In this document: piece after piece, positions 27,445-37,146 of the stretch | Numbering within the stretch: position 1 is the first letter of the stretch | Layout of the letters: each line of letters starts with the position of its first letter | Assembly (NCBI GenBank): GCA_965267575.1 | Contig: OZ254086.1 | Coordinates: 3,136,001 to 3,200,000, forward strand | From: Calditrichales bacterium | Lineage (GTDB): Bacteria; Calditrichota; Calditrichia; Calditrichales; J004 | Direction of reading: 5' to 3' | Length of the DNA: 64,000 nucleotides | The notes under the pieces: model-generated | What the model was told of the DNA's origin: nothing | Seen by the model: the letters and a program-made list of their open reading frames with translations, nothing else | The model's database searches: none | Program-made: the position numbers and the translations under genes

Positions 27445-27848
27445 TATTGAACCTTTAGAGTTGTTGTTATTTCTGTGGAATCCTGCAGCAATTTATGCAC
27501 GGGGCACCGGTGGGAGATCTCTTCCATCCGTTCCTGCTGTTCTTTTTCCAGCTTTCCTTTAATTAGAATGTCCATATGAATTTTGCGTTTGTTTTTACCG
27601 CTGGGTTTTTCCGTGCTGATATCGAGGCTTATGTCATCCAGCTTATATTCCTTGCGGTTGGCATACATGCGCAGGGTGATAACTGTACAGCTTGCCAGGC
27701 TCATCAACATATACTCAATCGGCGTGGGACCGAGGTTTTTACCGCCTGCATCCTCCGGCTCATCTGCGATATACGTATGCGTGCTCCAGTCCATATGCGT
27801 AAGATAGTTTTCGTTATCATAAGACGTCGAAACTTTGATCGTGCTCAT
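27444..27848 (-). CDS. OsmC/YhfA-family protein
   Basis: ADEP...GG..LGPTP, LASCT.ITLRMYA, CPVHKLL. Confidence 0.88.
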   Translation of the reverse strand: MSTIKVSTSYDNENYLTHMDWSTHTYIADEPEDAGGKNLGPTPIEYMLMSLASCTVITLRMYANRKEYKLDDISLDISTEKPSGKNKRKIHMDILIKGKLEKEQQERMEEISHRCPVHKLLQDSTEITTTLKVQ

Positions 27849-27877
27849 ATCCGCTCCATTGGTTTAGCTTTGCCGAT

Positions 27878-28555
27878 TCAGGGTATTCTCTCCTGATCAT
27901 ACAGTTCCGCTGTAGTTTTGGAAACCGCCACGAGAAGGATCGCCAGCAGGGCAATCGCCACCGGCAGGCCCACAACATCCAGCATTAAAAAAGTTACATT
28001 GTTTAGATGAATGATGGGGGAGAAAAATACAAGAATATTTCCAAGGACCAGGATTATTCTCAGCTCCGTAGGTCCAAAGCCGCCAAAGGAGATTTTGAAA
28101 ACACCGGAAACATGTGTTGCCAGATAAACGTGTGCCGACAACACCAGAAAAATAACCAAAAGAGCAATGGCCAGTTCGAAAGTGATCAACCCTGAAAAAG
28201 CCACGCCAAGCATGTAAAAAACAATACCGAAAACGTCGCAAATATGATCGACATAATAACCGTAGCGGGGGCGCTGGTGCTTTCGCACGCGCGCAATTGT
28301 ACCGTCCAGGCTGTCGCCAAACCAGTTAACAACCAGCGCAACGTTAACCGCGTGCAGCCAGCTAAGATCAAATTTGGCCATATAAAAAAAGAAACCGGCC
28401 ATAAACATACCAAACAGGCCTAAAATCGTCAGGTGATCGGAATTTATAAAGCGGGGCATGCGCTCGGCAAGCCAGATCAAAGTTGCCTTTTCAGCGCGGG
28501 AAAGAATTCCCGAAATGTCACGTTCTGCATCTTTAAAATTAAAGTCTTTTGCCAT
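27878..28555 (-). CDS. CDP-alcohol phosphatidyltransferase family protein
   Basis: DHLT, DSLDGTIAR......RYG.Y.DH.CD signature, GPTELR. Confidence 0.88.
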   Translation of the reverse strand: MAKDFNFKDAERDISGILSRAEKATLIWLAERMPRFINSDHLTILGLFGMFMAGFFFYMAKFDLSWLHAVNVALVVNWFGDSLDGTIARVRKHQRPRYGYYVDHICDVFGIVFYMLGVAFSGLITFELAIALLVIFLVLSAHVYLATHVSGVFKISFGGFGPTELRIILVLGNILVFFSPIIHLNNVTFLMLDVVGLPVAIALLAILLVAVSKTTAELYDQERIP

Positions 28556-28667
28556 GTGCTCTCCCGTATTAATACAAGTAAACAAGAACCTTCCAATAAT
28601 CTAAACAATTCCACACAATGTTAAAACAAAAGCGAAATCCGGAAGCTGTCAAATACGATGTTTAACG

Positions 28668-29078
28668 CTAGCGCAGTTCCCTGCGCAACATAAATTTCAG
28701 ACCGGACCATGTCTCGTCAATAGCGCAAACCTTTATATCCACCAACCCCGTAGGAAGAGTAAGCGAACGGATACTGTTTCCGTTTGCCGCGTGCGGCTTC
28801 TTCGCCTGCGTTTTATCCCAGCTCACCCAAATCATTCCGTCCGGCTTAATGTGTTGTACCAATTCATTTACAAATTCTTCATACTCACCCGGCTGCAGGA
28901 TAAAAAAATGCAAAAAATCAACCGGATCCGGATGGTTGATATCGCGGATAATGACTGCCTCCGGCAGGGGGCCAAGCAACTGTAAATAGTTATGCGGCGC
29001 ATTGACCAGCTTAATCGTAAAACCGGGCTTTATGCCCAGCTTCTTAAGTAACGGCGTTCCGGAATAGCCTGCATTCAT
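28668..29078 (-). CDS. DUF3052-family protein
   Basis: GYSGTPL.KKLGIK, GMIWVSW, GLVDIKVCAIDE.WSGLK; AAGGAG RBS. Confidence 0.8.
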   Translation of the reverse strand: MNAGYSGTPLLKKLGIKPGFTIKLVNAPHNYLQLLGPLPEAVIIRDINHPDPVDFLHFFILQPGEYEEFVNELVQHIKPDGMIWVSWDKTQAKKPHAANGNSIRSLTLPTGLVDIKVCAIDETWSGLKFMLRRELR

Positions 29079-29187
29079 AGACTTCTCCTTGTTTTGGTGG
29101 CGGTTTTAAGGCCAGCGTTGGCAACAATCTTAAAAAAGATTTTGGATGTTCGAGTATGTACAGAAAACAGAGTTAAATGGTTGGACT

Positions 29188-29550
29188 ATGCAAAATATAA
29201 TAAAAGTCAGTGTGGCGATTGCATTGATAGCCCTGCTCAGTTGCGGGCAGGATCCGGCGGAAGAGACCACCGGTACGATTGAAGGCGTTGTCTATGGGTT
29301 TGAAAACGGAAACCTGATCGGCAAGGCGCATATTTTTACCGATCCGCCGTCCAGCGCCGTTACCAGTGATACGCTTCTGGGAGCTTACAAAATTCTACAT
29401 GTAGAGCCCGGCATTTACCGCGTACGTGCACAGAAAACAGGATTTGATACAACCAGCGTGCGCATTTCAGTAATGGCCGGGGAAAAGACGAACGCCGATC
29501 TGGCTATGCGCCGTGATAGCAGCGTCGTCGACAGCCTCAGCGGGCTTTAG
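29188..29550 (+). CDS. Lipoprotein with a carboxypeptidase-regulatory-like beta-sandwich domain
   Basis: Lipobox LLSC; GTIEGVV...G.Y.I..V.PG.Y.V.A.K.GF. Confidence 0.7.
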   Translation: MQNIIKVSVAIALIALLSCGQDPAEETTGTIEGVVYGFENGNLIGKAHIFTDPPSSAVTSDTLLGAYKILHVEPGIYRVRAQKTGFDTTSVRISVMAGEKTNADLAMRRDSSVVDSLSGL

Positions 29551-29640
29551 CCATTCTCCCGACGCCGCTTTTTTTAGGTCCTCTACGCCTCCAGGTACAC
29601 CCGGTTTATTAACTTTACCGGAACGGGGTGTACGCATACA

Positions 29641-30213
29641 TTATTTGTAATATGGATTCACGCCTGAATCATGGTCGGTTATGTCTATGATCTCTTCTAT
29701 CTCCGGAACAGCACGCTTGATGGAGCTTACCACACCGCGGCGCAGTGTAACCTGAGACATCCCGCAGCCCTGGCAACCGCCGCCCATTTCGATGTACACG
29801 TTGTTTTCCTTTACATCAATCAGATTGATATAGCCGCCGTGTCCGGCAATTGACGGATTAATCTCCTGTTCGATAACCTGCAATACCTTTTCGGCCATGG
29901 TACCCCGGTATTCCTTGGGAATATTCGGTTGCGTTTTAAAGCGAAAGCCGGAGCCCATAAGGCTGTTTTCATAATCGATGGTAGCGCCTTCCAGGAAGCG
30001 GGCGTCGTTTTCATTTATGTAGACATCAAAACGGTTGAATTTAACCACATCATCCCCGGGAAGTTTACCATCGGGCGGCATAAATTGGATGCCGTATTCC
30101 ACCTGGAAGGGTGACTTGGCGTCAGCCGTAATGCGAATTCCCAGCACCGGCTCTTCGCATTCGTTGATGGCGTCGATGACCTTTTTTTGGGCAAGCTCAG
30201 ACATTTTAATCAT
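29641..30213 (-). CDS. nfuA: Fe-S cluster carrier NfuA (degenerate A-type domain plus Nfu domain)
   Basis: L.GATIDY....MGSGF; INPSIAGHGG, GGGCQGCGMS.VTL, DITDH..G.NPYY. Confidence 0.88.
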   Translation of the reverse strand: MIKMSELAQKKVIDAINECEEPVLGIRITADAKSPFQVEYGIQFMPPDGKLPGDDVVKFNRFDVYINENDARFLEGATIDYENSLMGSGFRFKTQPNIPKEYRGTMAEKVLQVIEQEINPSIAGHGGYINLIDVKENNVYIEMGGGCQGCGMSQVTLRRGVVSSIKRAVPEIEEIIDITDHDSGVNPYYK

Positions 30214-30338
30214 TGTATAGGCTCTCTTTTTGGTAAAACTTCTGTGTGCGACTTATGAAACGCTCCAACGGTTAAAATAATCCGTTGCAAACTGTTAAAA
30301 AACATAAAAAATATATGGAAAAAAGGGGAAAGTTTTTT

Positions 30339-30368
30339 TATACTTAATTTAAGTGAATAAATTCACAA
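30339..30368 (+). promoter_or_regulatory. Putative -10 element and Rex-like (or CRP/FNR-like) operator of the hydrogenase operon
   Basis: TATACT at 30339-30344; AAGTGAA-TAAA-TTCACAA at 30351-30368 matches 12 of 14 specified bases of TTGTGAAnnnnTTCACAA. Confidence 0.6.
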
Positions 30369-30381
30369 ATAAAGGATTGAC

Positions 30382-31524
30382 ATGACACAAAAATCAGCAT
30401 CTGCAGACTACCTGCTCATGGAAACGGAACGGCTTCAGCAGCTGATAAACGTTTTGATTGAAGACGGTTATAGTGTGATTGCCCCGACGCCCGGTGAAAA
30501 CGCGATCATTTATGATGAAATCTCTTCCGTGGAGCAGTTGCCCCTGGGTATAGGGGATGAACAGGATGGCGCCACCTACCGCCTGGTTCGCCGTGATGAC
30601 AATGCGTTCTTTGGCTACAACTGCGCCGCCTATTCCTGGAAGAAGTTTTTGCATAAGCCCAAGTTAAAGCTTTATACCATAAGCAAAAACGGAAAAGGCC
30701 TGTCCGTAAAAGAAGAGAAGCCCGATAAAAAGCGTCTGGCGTTTCTCGGCGTGCGCGCCTGTGAAGCCAAGGCAATCGATTTACAGGACCGCATATTTAT
30801 GGATGGGGAGTTTAAGGACCAGGCTTACAGCGACGTCCGGAAAAACTGCCTTATTATTGCGGTAAACTGTACCAGGGCCGGCGGCACCTGTTTTTGTACC
30901 TCCATGGGAACGGGGCCTGCCCACAAAGACGGTTTTGACCTTGCATTGACCGAAGTGATTGACAAGCGGCAGCACTTTTTTGTTGTTGAAAGCGGTTCCG
31001 CCAAAGGCAAAAAGATTTGCCAAAAACTGGGCCTGGCCGCAGCCTCGGAATCTCAAATCTCGCTTGCACAGCACATGGTGGATGCCGCCGCCGATCATAT
31101 GGGCAGAAAACTGGATGTAAACGGTCTGAAGGAGATTTTACAAAGCAACGCTGAAAACCCCGCCTGGAACGATGTGGCTGAACGCTGCCTGAACTGCGCC
31201 AACTGCACCATGGTTTGTCCCACGTGTTTTTGCACCACCGTTGAAGATGTGACATCGCTGGACGGCAACCATGCTGAGCGCTGGCGGCGCTGGGATTCCT
31301 GCTTCACGATGGATTTTTCCTACATCCATGGCGGCAGTATCCGCTACACGTCCAAAAGTCGTTATCGCCAGTGGATTTCGCACAAACTTGCCGGATGGGT
31401 GGACCAGTTTGGAGAGACCGGTTGTACGGGATGCGGACGTTGTATTACCTGGTGCCCCGCGGCGATCGATATAACCGAAGAGGCTCGTGTTATTCGTGAA
31501 AAAGATATCCGTAACAAAGCATAG
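30382..31524 (+). CDS. hydB: Group 3b [NiFe]-hydrogenase beta subunit (4Fe-4S)
   Basis: CFCTSMG, CLNCANCTMVCPTCFC, R.WDSCF, RYRQW..HK, CTGCGRCITWCP. Confidence 0.88.
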   Translation: MTQKSASADYLLMETERLQQLINVLIEDGYSVIAPTPGENAIIYDEISSVEQLPLGIGDEQDGATYRLVRRDDNAFFGYNCAAYSWKKFLHKPKLKLYTISKNGKGLSVKEEKPDKKRLAFLGVRACEAKAIDLQDRIFMDGEFKDQAYSDVRKNCLIIAVNCTRAGGTCFCTSMGTGPAHKDGFDLALTEVIDKRQHFFVVESGSAKGKKICQKLGLAAASESQISLAQHMVDAAADHMGRKLDVNGLKEILQSNAENPAWNDVAERCLNCANCTMVCPTCFCTTVEDVTSLDGNHAERWRRWDSCFTMDFSYIHGGSIRYTSKSRYRQWISHKLAGWVDQFGETGCTGCGRCITWCPAAIDITEEARVIREKDIRNKA

Positions 31525-31532
31525 GGGGCGTT

Positions 31533-31991
31533 ATGAAGGACTTAACTGAAATTTTAAAATCACACCCGTTTATCCAGGGCTTTAAGGAAGAACATGTGGA
31601 GTTGATGGTAGGTTGTGCCAGCAACGTGGTGTTTAAGGCAGGTGAATACCTGGGCCGCGAAGGGCAGGAAGCCAACCAGTTTTTTATCATCCGCGAGGGT
31701 AAGGTAGCGCTGGATATTAATGCCGCGCAAAAAGGCAAAATTACGATCCAGACAATAGAGAGCGGCGAGCTTATCGGCTGGTCCTGGATGGTGTTGCCGT
31801 TCCGCTGGCATTTCGATCTGCGCGCTGTTGCCGACGTGCGGGCCATCGCCCTGGACGGTGCCTGCCTGCGCAAAAAATGTGAAAACGATTATGAGCTGGG
31901 CTACACGCTGAGCCAGAAAGTCATGTACATCATGGATCAACGGCTTAAAGCATCGCGCATTCAGCTTTTGGATATGTACAGTAAAGAATAA
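31533..31991 (+). CDS. Stand-alone cyclic nucleotide-binding domain protein
   Basis: F.AGEY..REG..A..F.II..G.V, GELIGWSW; too short for a CRP HTH domain. Confidence 0.85.
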   Translation: MKDLTEILKSHPFIQGFKEEHVELMVGCASNVVFKAGEYLGREGQEANQFFIIREGKVALDINAAQKGKITIQTIESGELIGWSWMVLPFRWHFDLRAVADVRAIALDGACLRKKCENDYELGYTLSQKVMYIMDQRLKASRIQLLDMYSKE

Positions 31992-32004
31992 GGATGGAGG
32001 AGAA

Positions 32005-32868
32005 ATGCCGCAAAAAGCAGCTGATAATCTTATTGATAAACGAAACGCGATGTTGCCTGTTATGCTGCCTGTGAAATCTTACAAGCAGGAAAACAGCGAC
32101 ACTTTTACACTGGTAATGGACAGCGCTGCGGCGCCGTCAGGGAGTTTCCGCTTTTTGCCGGGCCAGTTTAATATGCTTTACGTCTATGGTGTGGGCGAAG
32201 TGCCCATATCCATAAGTGGCGATCCCGCCGACAGTAAGTTGTTAACGCATACCACACGCGCCGTTGGTACGGTTACCCGCGCCCTGTGGCAACTGCGTCC
32301 CGGCGACCAGCTGGCGGTACGCGGTCCTTATGGAACACCCTGGCCGGTGGAAGCGGCCTTGGGTAAAGACGTGATCTTTATTGCCGGCGGCATCGGGCTG
32401 GCACCGCTGCGTCCGGCGATTTACCAGGTTCTGAAAAACCGCAACAAGTTCGGACGCATGCTACTGCTATATGGCGCACGTACACCGGATGACCTGCTTT
32501 ATAAAAAAGAACTGCAGCAGTGGGGCGCGCGCTTTGACTTTGATGTGTTCGTGACGGTGGACCACGCCATCGGCGCCTGGAAAGGCAATGTAGGCGTTGT
32601 GACCAACCTGATCACGAGGGCGCCGTTTGACCGCCGCAACGCCGTGGCGATGATCTGCGGGCCGGAAGTGATGATGCGTTTCTGCGTGAGTGAACTACAA
32701 AACAGAGGTCTTTCCAATGAGGAGATCTATGTCTCCATGGAGAGAAATATGAAATGTGCTGTGGGCTTTTGCGGCCACTGCCAGTACGGTTCCCATTTTA
32801 TCTGCAAGGACGGGCCCGTTTTTCCCTACAGCGAAATCGAAAAACTGTTTAACATTTACGAGATCTGA
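32005..32868 (+). CDS. hydG: Group 3b hydrogenase gamma subunit (FAD/NAD(P)-binding, 2Fe-2S)
   Basis: [51 protein letters not shown]...CKDGPVF. Confidence 0.9.
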   Translation: MPQKAADNLIDKRNAMLPVMLPVKSYKQENSDTFTLVMDSAAAPSGSFRFLPGQFNMLYVYGVGEVPISISGDPADSKLLTHTTRAVGTVTRALWQLRPGDQLAVRGPYGTPWPVEAALGKDVIFIAGGIGLAPLRPAIYQVLKNRNKFGRMLLLYGARTPDDLLYKKELQQWGARFDFDVFVTVDHAIGAWKGNVGVVTNLITRAPFDRRNAVAMICGPEVMMRFCVSELQNRGLSNEEIYVSMERNMKCAVGFCGHCQYGSHFICKDGPVFPYSEIEKLFNIYEI

Positions 32869-32870
32869 TT

Positions 32871-33650
32871 ATGAAGTCTAAAAAACCGAAGCTGGCCGTA
32901 TGGAAATTCGCATCGTGCGACGGTTGTCAGCTTAGCATTCTGGATTGTGAAGATGAGTTGCTCAGCGTGATCGAGCATATCAATATTTCCAACTTCCCCG
33001 AAGCATCACGCAATATTGAAAAGGGGCCGTATGATCTTTCACTGGTTGAAGGGTCGATAACCACGCCGCATGATGCCGAGCGCATTCACAGCATCCGGCG
33101 GCAGTCAAAATACCTGATCACTATCGGGGCCTGCGCCACGGCCGGCGGCATACAGGCATTGCGCAATTTTAAGGATGTGAATGAGTTTATCCCGATGGTG
33201 TACGCCCATCCTGAATATATTGAATCGCTAAAAAAATCGTCGCCCATTTCGGAGCACATTTTTGTGGATTACGAATTGCGCGGCTGCCCGATCAACAAGT
33301 ACCAGCTTCTGGAAGTGATAAATGCTTTCCTGAATGGCCGCAAACCCAACATCCCGCCGCACAGCGTTTGCATGGAGTGTAAATACCGCGGCACGCCCTG
33401 TGTAATGGTCGCCAACGGTACACCGTGCCTGGGACCCGTTACACATGCCGGTTGTGACGCGCTGTGTCCGTCTTACAATCGCGGATGCTTTGGCTGCTTT
33501 GGCCCCAAGGAAACGCCCAACACGGCAGCCCTTTCGGCCCTGATGAAAAATATGGGTTTGGATGATGACGCGATTATTAGATATTTCAGAGGATTTAATG
33601 CGTATGCGGAGCCATTCCGCAAGGAGAGTGAGGCCCATGAAGACCGTTAA
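32871..33650 (+). CDS. hydD: Group 3b hydrogenase delta (small) subunit
   Basis: [44 protein letters not shown]. Confidence 0.9.
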   Translation: MKSKKPKLAVWKFASCDGCQLSILDCEDELLSVIEHINISNFPEASRNIEKGPYDLSLVEGSITTPHDAERIHSIRRQSKYLITIGACATAGGIQALRNFKDVNEFIPMVYAHPEYIESLKKSSPISEHIFVDYELRGCPINKYQLLEVINAFLNGRKPNIPPHSVCMECKYRGTPCVMVANGTPCLGPVTHAGCDALCPSYNRGCFGCFGPKETPNTAALSALMKNMGLDDDAIIRYFRGFNAYAEPFRKESEAHEDR

Positions 33651-34947
33651 TGGATTAAAAAGTAAAACCCTCAAAGTGGATTACCTGGCCCGCGTGGAAG
33701 GCGAGGGTGCGCTCTATGTTAAAGTGCGTCGCGGCGAGGTAATGGACGCCAAACTGAAAATTTTTGAGCCTCCGCGCTTTTTTGAGGCCTTTTTACGGGG
33801 CCGTTATTTTACAGAACCGCCGGATATTACGGCGCGCATCTGCGGTATTTGCCCGGTGGCTTACCAAATGAGCTCTGTGCACGCCATGGAGTATGTTTGC
33901 GATGTAAAGGTGGATGGCGCCCTGCGTGAACTGCGCCGCCTGCTGTACTGCGGCGAGTGGATCGAGAGCCATGTGCTGCACATGTTTATGCTGCACGCCC
34001 CGGATTTTCTGGGCTACCAGGACGTGATTGAGATGGCCAGGGACCATGGCGAGCTGGTTAAAAATGTATTGCGGCTAAAAAAGATCGGCAATGACATCGT
34101 CAATGTATTGGGCGGGCGTGAGATCCACCCGATTAATGTGCGGGTAGGCGGCTTTTACCGGATTCCGCCAAAGGAAGCGTATGGCCATCTGCTGGATGAA
34201 TTGAAATGGGGCCGCGATTTTGCCGTGGAAGCCACAAAACTGGTCGGAACGTTTGATTTCCCCGAATTCGAGCGCGACTATGAGTTTGTCGCTTTGCGCC
34301 ATGAAAACGAATATCCCTTTAACGAGGGACGGCTGGTTTCCAACCGCGGGCTGGACATAGCCGTTTCCGAGTATGAGCAGGTTTTTGCCGAGGAGCATGT
34401 GGAGCATTCCAATGCATTGCATTCTCACAAAATAGAAGATGGCGGCGCATACTTTGTCGGGCCGCTGGCGCGCTTTAACCTGAATTACGACAAGCTTACG
34501 CCGCTGGCCCGCAAGACGGCGCAAAAAATCGGTTTTAAGCCGGAATGCCGCAACCCGTTCAAGAGCATTATCGCGCGCGGCATTGAAACGATCTACGCTT
34601 TTGATGAAGCTATTCGTATTCTCGAAAAATATCCCGTTCCGGAAAAACCCTATATCGAGATTGCTCCCCGTGCGGGAACGGGCTACGGCTGCACGGAAGC
34701 GCCACGGGGTATTTTGTACCACCGCTACCGCATAGACGGACGCGGCCACATTATGGATGCCAAGATTGTTCCGCCGACCTCGCAAAACCAAAAGACAATC
34801 GACCAGGACCTGACCGATTTTGTGGCCAAATACATGGACCTGGATGACAAGGAACTGACCTGGAAATGCGAGCAGGCTATTCGTAACTACGATCCCTGTA
34901 TCAGTTGTGCCACGCATTTTCTGAAGCTGGAGATCGACCGGGAGTAA
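33637..34947 (+). CDS. hydA: Group 3b [NiFe]-hydrogenase alpha (large) subunit
   Basis: RVEGEG, EPPRFFE, L1 [16 protein letters not shown]2 DPCISCATH followed by a short cleavable tail; ATG 33637 after AGGAG. Confidence 0.93.
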   Translation: MKTVNGLKSKTLKVDYLARVEGEGALYVKVRRGEVMDAKLKIFEPPRFFEAFLRGRYFTEPPDITARICGICPVAYQMSSVHAMEYVCDVKVDGALRELRRLLYCGEWIESHVLHMFMLHAPDFLGYQDVIEMARDHGELVKNVLRLKKIGNDIVNVLGGREIHPINVRVGGFYRIPPKEAYGHLLDELKWGRDFAVEATKLVGTFDFPEFERDYEFVALRHENEYPFNEGRLVSNRGLDIAVSEYEQVFAEEHVEHSNALHSHKIEDGGAYFVGPLARFNLNYDKLTPLARKTAQKIGFKPECRNPFKSIIARGIETIYAFDEAIRILEKYPVPEKPYIEIAPRAGTGYGCTEAPRGILYHRYRIDGRGHIMDAKIVPPTSQNQKTIDQDLTDFVAKYMDLDDKELTWKCEQAIRNYDPCISCATHFLKLEIDRE

Positions 34948-34951
34948 GGTT

Positions 34952-35431
34952 ATGTCTGATGTTTTAATCATTGGAGTAGGCAACCCGCTGCGCCGCGACG
35001 ACGCATTGGGGCCGCTGGCCCTGAAAGAACTGCGCGGACGACTGGGCGAAGAGTTTGATTATATCCAGTGTTACGGCGAAGGCGCCGAGTTGATGGATGC
35101 ATGGGCCGGTTACGATCATGTCATCATCATCGATGCGGTGCAGTCGGGCGCGAAACCCGGCAAGGTTTATGTTTTAAACGCAGCCCGGGAGAAGATCCCC
35201 GCTTCCTTTTTCAACTACTCATCACATGCCTTCGGCCTGGCCGAGGCCGTTGAACTGGGGCGCAGCCTTGGACTTATGCCGCGCGAGATGATCATTTTTG
35301 GTGTGGAAGGCAGCGAATTCGGCTACGGCGATGGTCTGTCACGCAATGTTTCAAAGGCTTTACCGGCGCTGCTGGATATCATCGGGGACCGTGCTTGCCG
35401 GATGAAGCACAATGGAGTGCACCATGCATGA
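34952..35431 (+). CDS. Hydrogenase maturation protease
   Basis: IGVGNPLRRDDALG, IIIDAV, SSHAFGL. Confidence 0.9.
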   Translation: MSDVLIIGVGNPLRRDDALGPLALKELRGRLGEEFDYIQCYGEGAELMDAWAGYDHVIIIDAVQSGAKPGKVYVLNAAREKIPASFFNYSSHAFGLAEAVELGRSLGLMPREMIIFGVEGSEFGYGDGLSRNVSKALPALLDIIGDRACRMKHNGVHHA

Positions 35432-35789
35432 AGTATCGATCGCTCAATCGATTTTAAAAACAGTGATCCGTGAACATGATGAAAACATGCTAAAAAAGGT
35501 GACGGCAATCGGCGTGCGTATAGGGACGCTGAGCGGCATCATGCCGGACGCGCTGGAGTTCGGGTTCGATTCGCTGAAGAAAGATACGGTCCTGAAAAAC
35601 GCGCGACTGGCCATTGAGATTGTGGATGTGGGTGCCGTGTGCCAAAACTGCGGCCACAAATTCGGCATTGACAATCTTTTTTTTAAATGTCCCGCCTGCG
35701 GCAGCAGCGATATAGAAGTGGAGCGCGGCATGGAGCTGGATATGGCCTATCTGGAGCTGGAAACCGTGGAAGAGGAGTCGGAAATATGA
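35424..35789 (+). CDS. hypA: Hydrogenase nickel metallochaperone HypA
   Basis: MHEVSIA, two CxxC (CQNC, CPAC), G.EL. Confidence 0.93.
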   Translation: MHEVSIAQSILKTVIREHDENMLKKVTAIGVRIGTLSGIMPDALEFGFDSLKKDTVLKNARLAIEIVDVGAVCQNCGHKFGIDNLFFKCPACGSSDIEVERGMELDMAYLELETVEEESEI

Positions 35790-36436
35790 TTACGCAGGAA
35801 TCGATTCTGCTGATGGCAACGGCAGCTTCTGTCGGTTTTGTCCATACTATTATGGGGCCGGACCACTATTTACCGTTTATCGCTTTGGCCAAATCGCGCC
35901 AATGGCGTTTCCTGAAAACGATGCGCATAACGGCCGTATGTGGTTTGGGTCATGTTTTTGGCTCGATTGTTATTGGGGTTGTGGGAATGCTGTTCGCCGT
36001 GGCCCTGCTTGATCTGCAGGCGCTGGAATCGTTGCGCGGTGATATCGCCGCCTGGATGCTGATCATCTTCGGCTTTACCTATTTTGCCTGGGGATTGCAT
36101 AAAAGCATGCGCCGGCGTTTTCAGAACCAATCAGGCCAAAACGAACTGCCGGTTGAAAAAACAACGGCCTTCAGTCTGTTCATCATTTTTGTGCTGGGCC
36201 CCTGCGAAGCGTTGATACCGCTGATGATGTACCCGGCGGCGAAGCAACAGATGCTGACAGCGGGATTGGTTACATTGACCTTTAGCCTGGCGACCGTTTT
36301 TACGATGCTGGCCACTGTGGCCGCGGGCGCCTGGGGTTTTCAGAAAATACGTTCGCGTACGTTTGAGATGTACGCACACCCCATTTCGGGGTTTATCATT
36401 TTTTCTTGCGGGATAGCGGTAAAGTTTGGCCTTTAG
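35786..36436 (+). CDS. Putative nickel transporter (UreH/RcnA-like multi-TM protein)
   Basis: HTIMGPDHYLP, CGLGHV, GPCEALIP, about six TMs; lies between hypA and hypB; ATGA overlap with hypA. Confidence 0.7.
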   Translation: MITQESILLMATAASVGFVHTIMGPDHYLPFIALAKSRQWRFLKTMRITAVCGLGHVFGSIVIGVVGMLFAVALLDLQALESLRGDIAAWMLIIFGFTYFAWGLHKSMRRRFQNQSGQNELPVEKTTAFSLFIIFVLGPCEALIPLMMYPAAKQQMLTAGLVTLTFSLATVFTMLATVAAGAWGFQKIRSRTFEMYAHPISGFIIFSCGIAVKFGL

Positions 36437-36455
36437 GCCTGAAAGGAGTCATCTG

Positions 36456-37133
36456 ATGTGTGAAAATAAAAAACGTGTTGAAATCGAAAAGAAAGTGTTA
36501 TCGGAAAACGATATCCTCGCCGGGCAGATACGCGACCAGCTAAAAACGCACGGCATAAAGGCGCTTAACTTTGTCAGTTCGCCCGGTTCCGGCAAAACCA
36601 CGCTGCTGGAAATGACGCTGCGCAAGCTGCGGCACCAAATGGAGATTGGCCTCGTGGCGGGTGACGTGCAAACCGAAAATGACGCTTTCCGCCTGGTTGA
36701 GGCCGGCGGTGAAGCGGTTCAGCCGATCGTGACGGGCGGCTCATGCCACCTGGACGCGCGCATGGTCAGCCGCGTATTGCCAAAATTTAATCTCGCCGAC
36801 CTTGACCTGCTGATCTTTGAAAATGTTGGCAACCTGGTGTGTCCTTCCGGCTTTGATCTCGGCGAGGACATGAAAGTTGTGTTGCTGAGTACAACGGAAG
36901 GTGACGACAAACCCTTGAAATACCCGGCCATGTTCCGCCGCGCGGGGGTGATGGTCATTACCAAAATCGATCTGCTGGATTATACCGACTTCAGTCTGCA
37001 ACGTGTACGCGAAAACGCCCTCCGCATCAATCCTGCTTTGAAAATATTCGAACTCTCCTGCCGCAGCGGTGACGGCCTGGAAGACTGGTATGGCTGGATA
37101 AAATCGTTGGCCAAAGAACAGGCCTTGGTTTGA
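36456..37133 (+). CDS. hypB: Hydrogenase nickel incorporation GTPase HypB
   Basis: SSPGSGKT, CHLDA, ENVGNLVCP..FDLGE, EGDDKPLKYP, TKIDL. Confidence 0.95.
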   Translation: MCENKKRVEIEKKVLSENDILAGQIRDQLKTHGIKALNFVSSPGSGKTTLLEMTLRKLRHQMEIGLVAGDVQTENDAFRLVEAGGEAVQPIVTGGSCHLDARMVSRVLPKFNLADLDLLIFENVGNLVCPSGFDLGEDMKVVLLSTTEGDDKPLKYPAMFRRAGVMVITKIDLLDYTDFSLQRVRENALRINPALKIFELSCRSGDGLEDWYGWIKSLAKEQALV

Positions 37134-37146
37134 AAGGAAAATCCCC

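Noticed and set aside
34880..34920. [NiFeSe] hydrogenase, suggested by selD in the window
   Set aside because: The L2 motif is DPCISCATH encoded with TGT Cys codons; there is no in-frame TGA.
34075..34983. 302-aa minus-strand ORF
   Set aside because: Antisense shadow of the hydrogenase large subunit gene.
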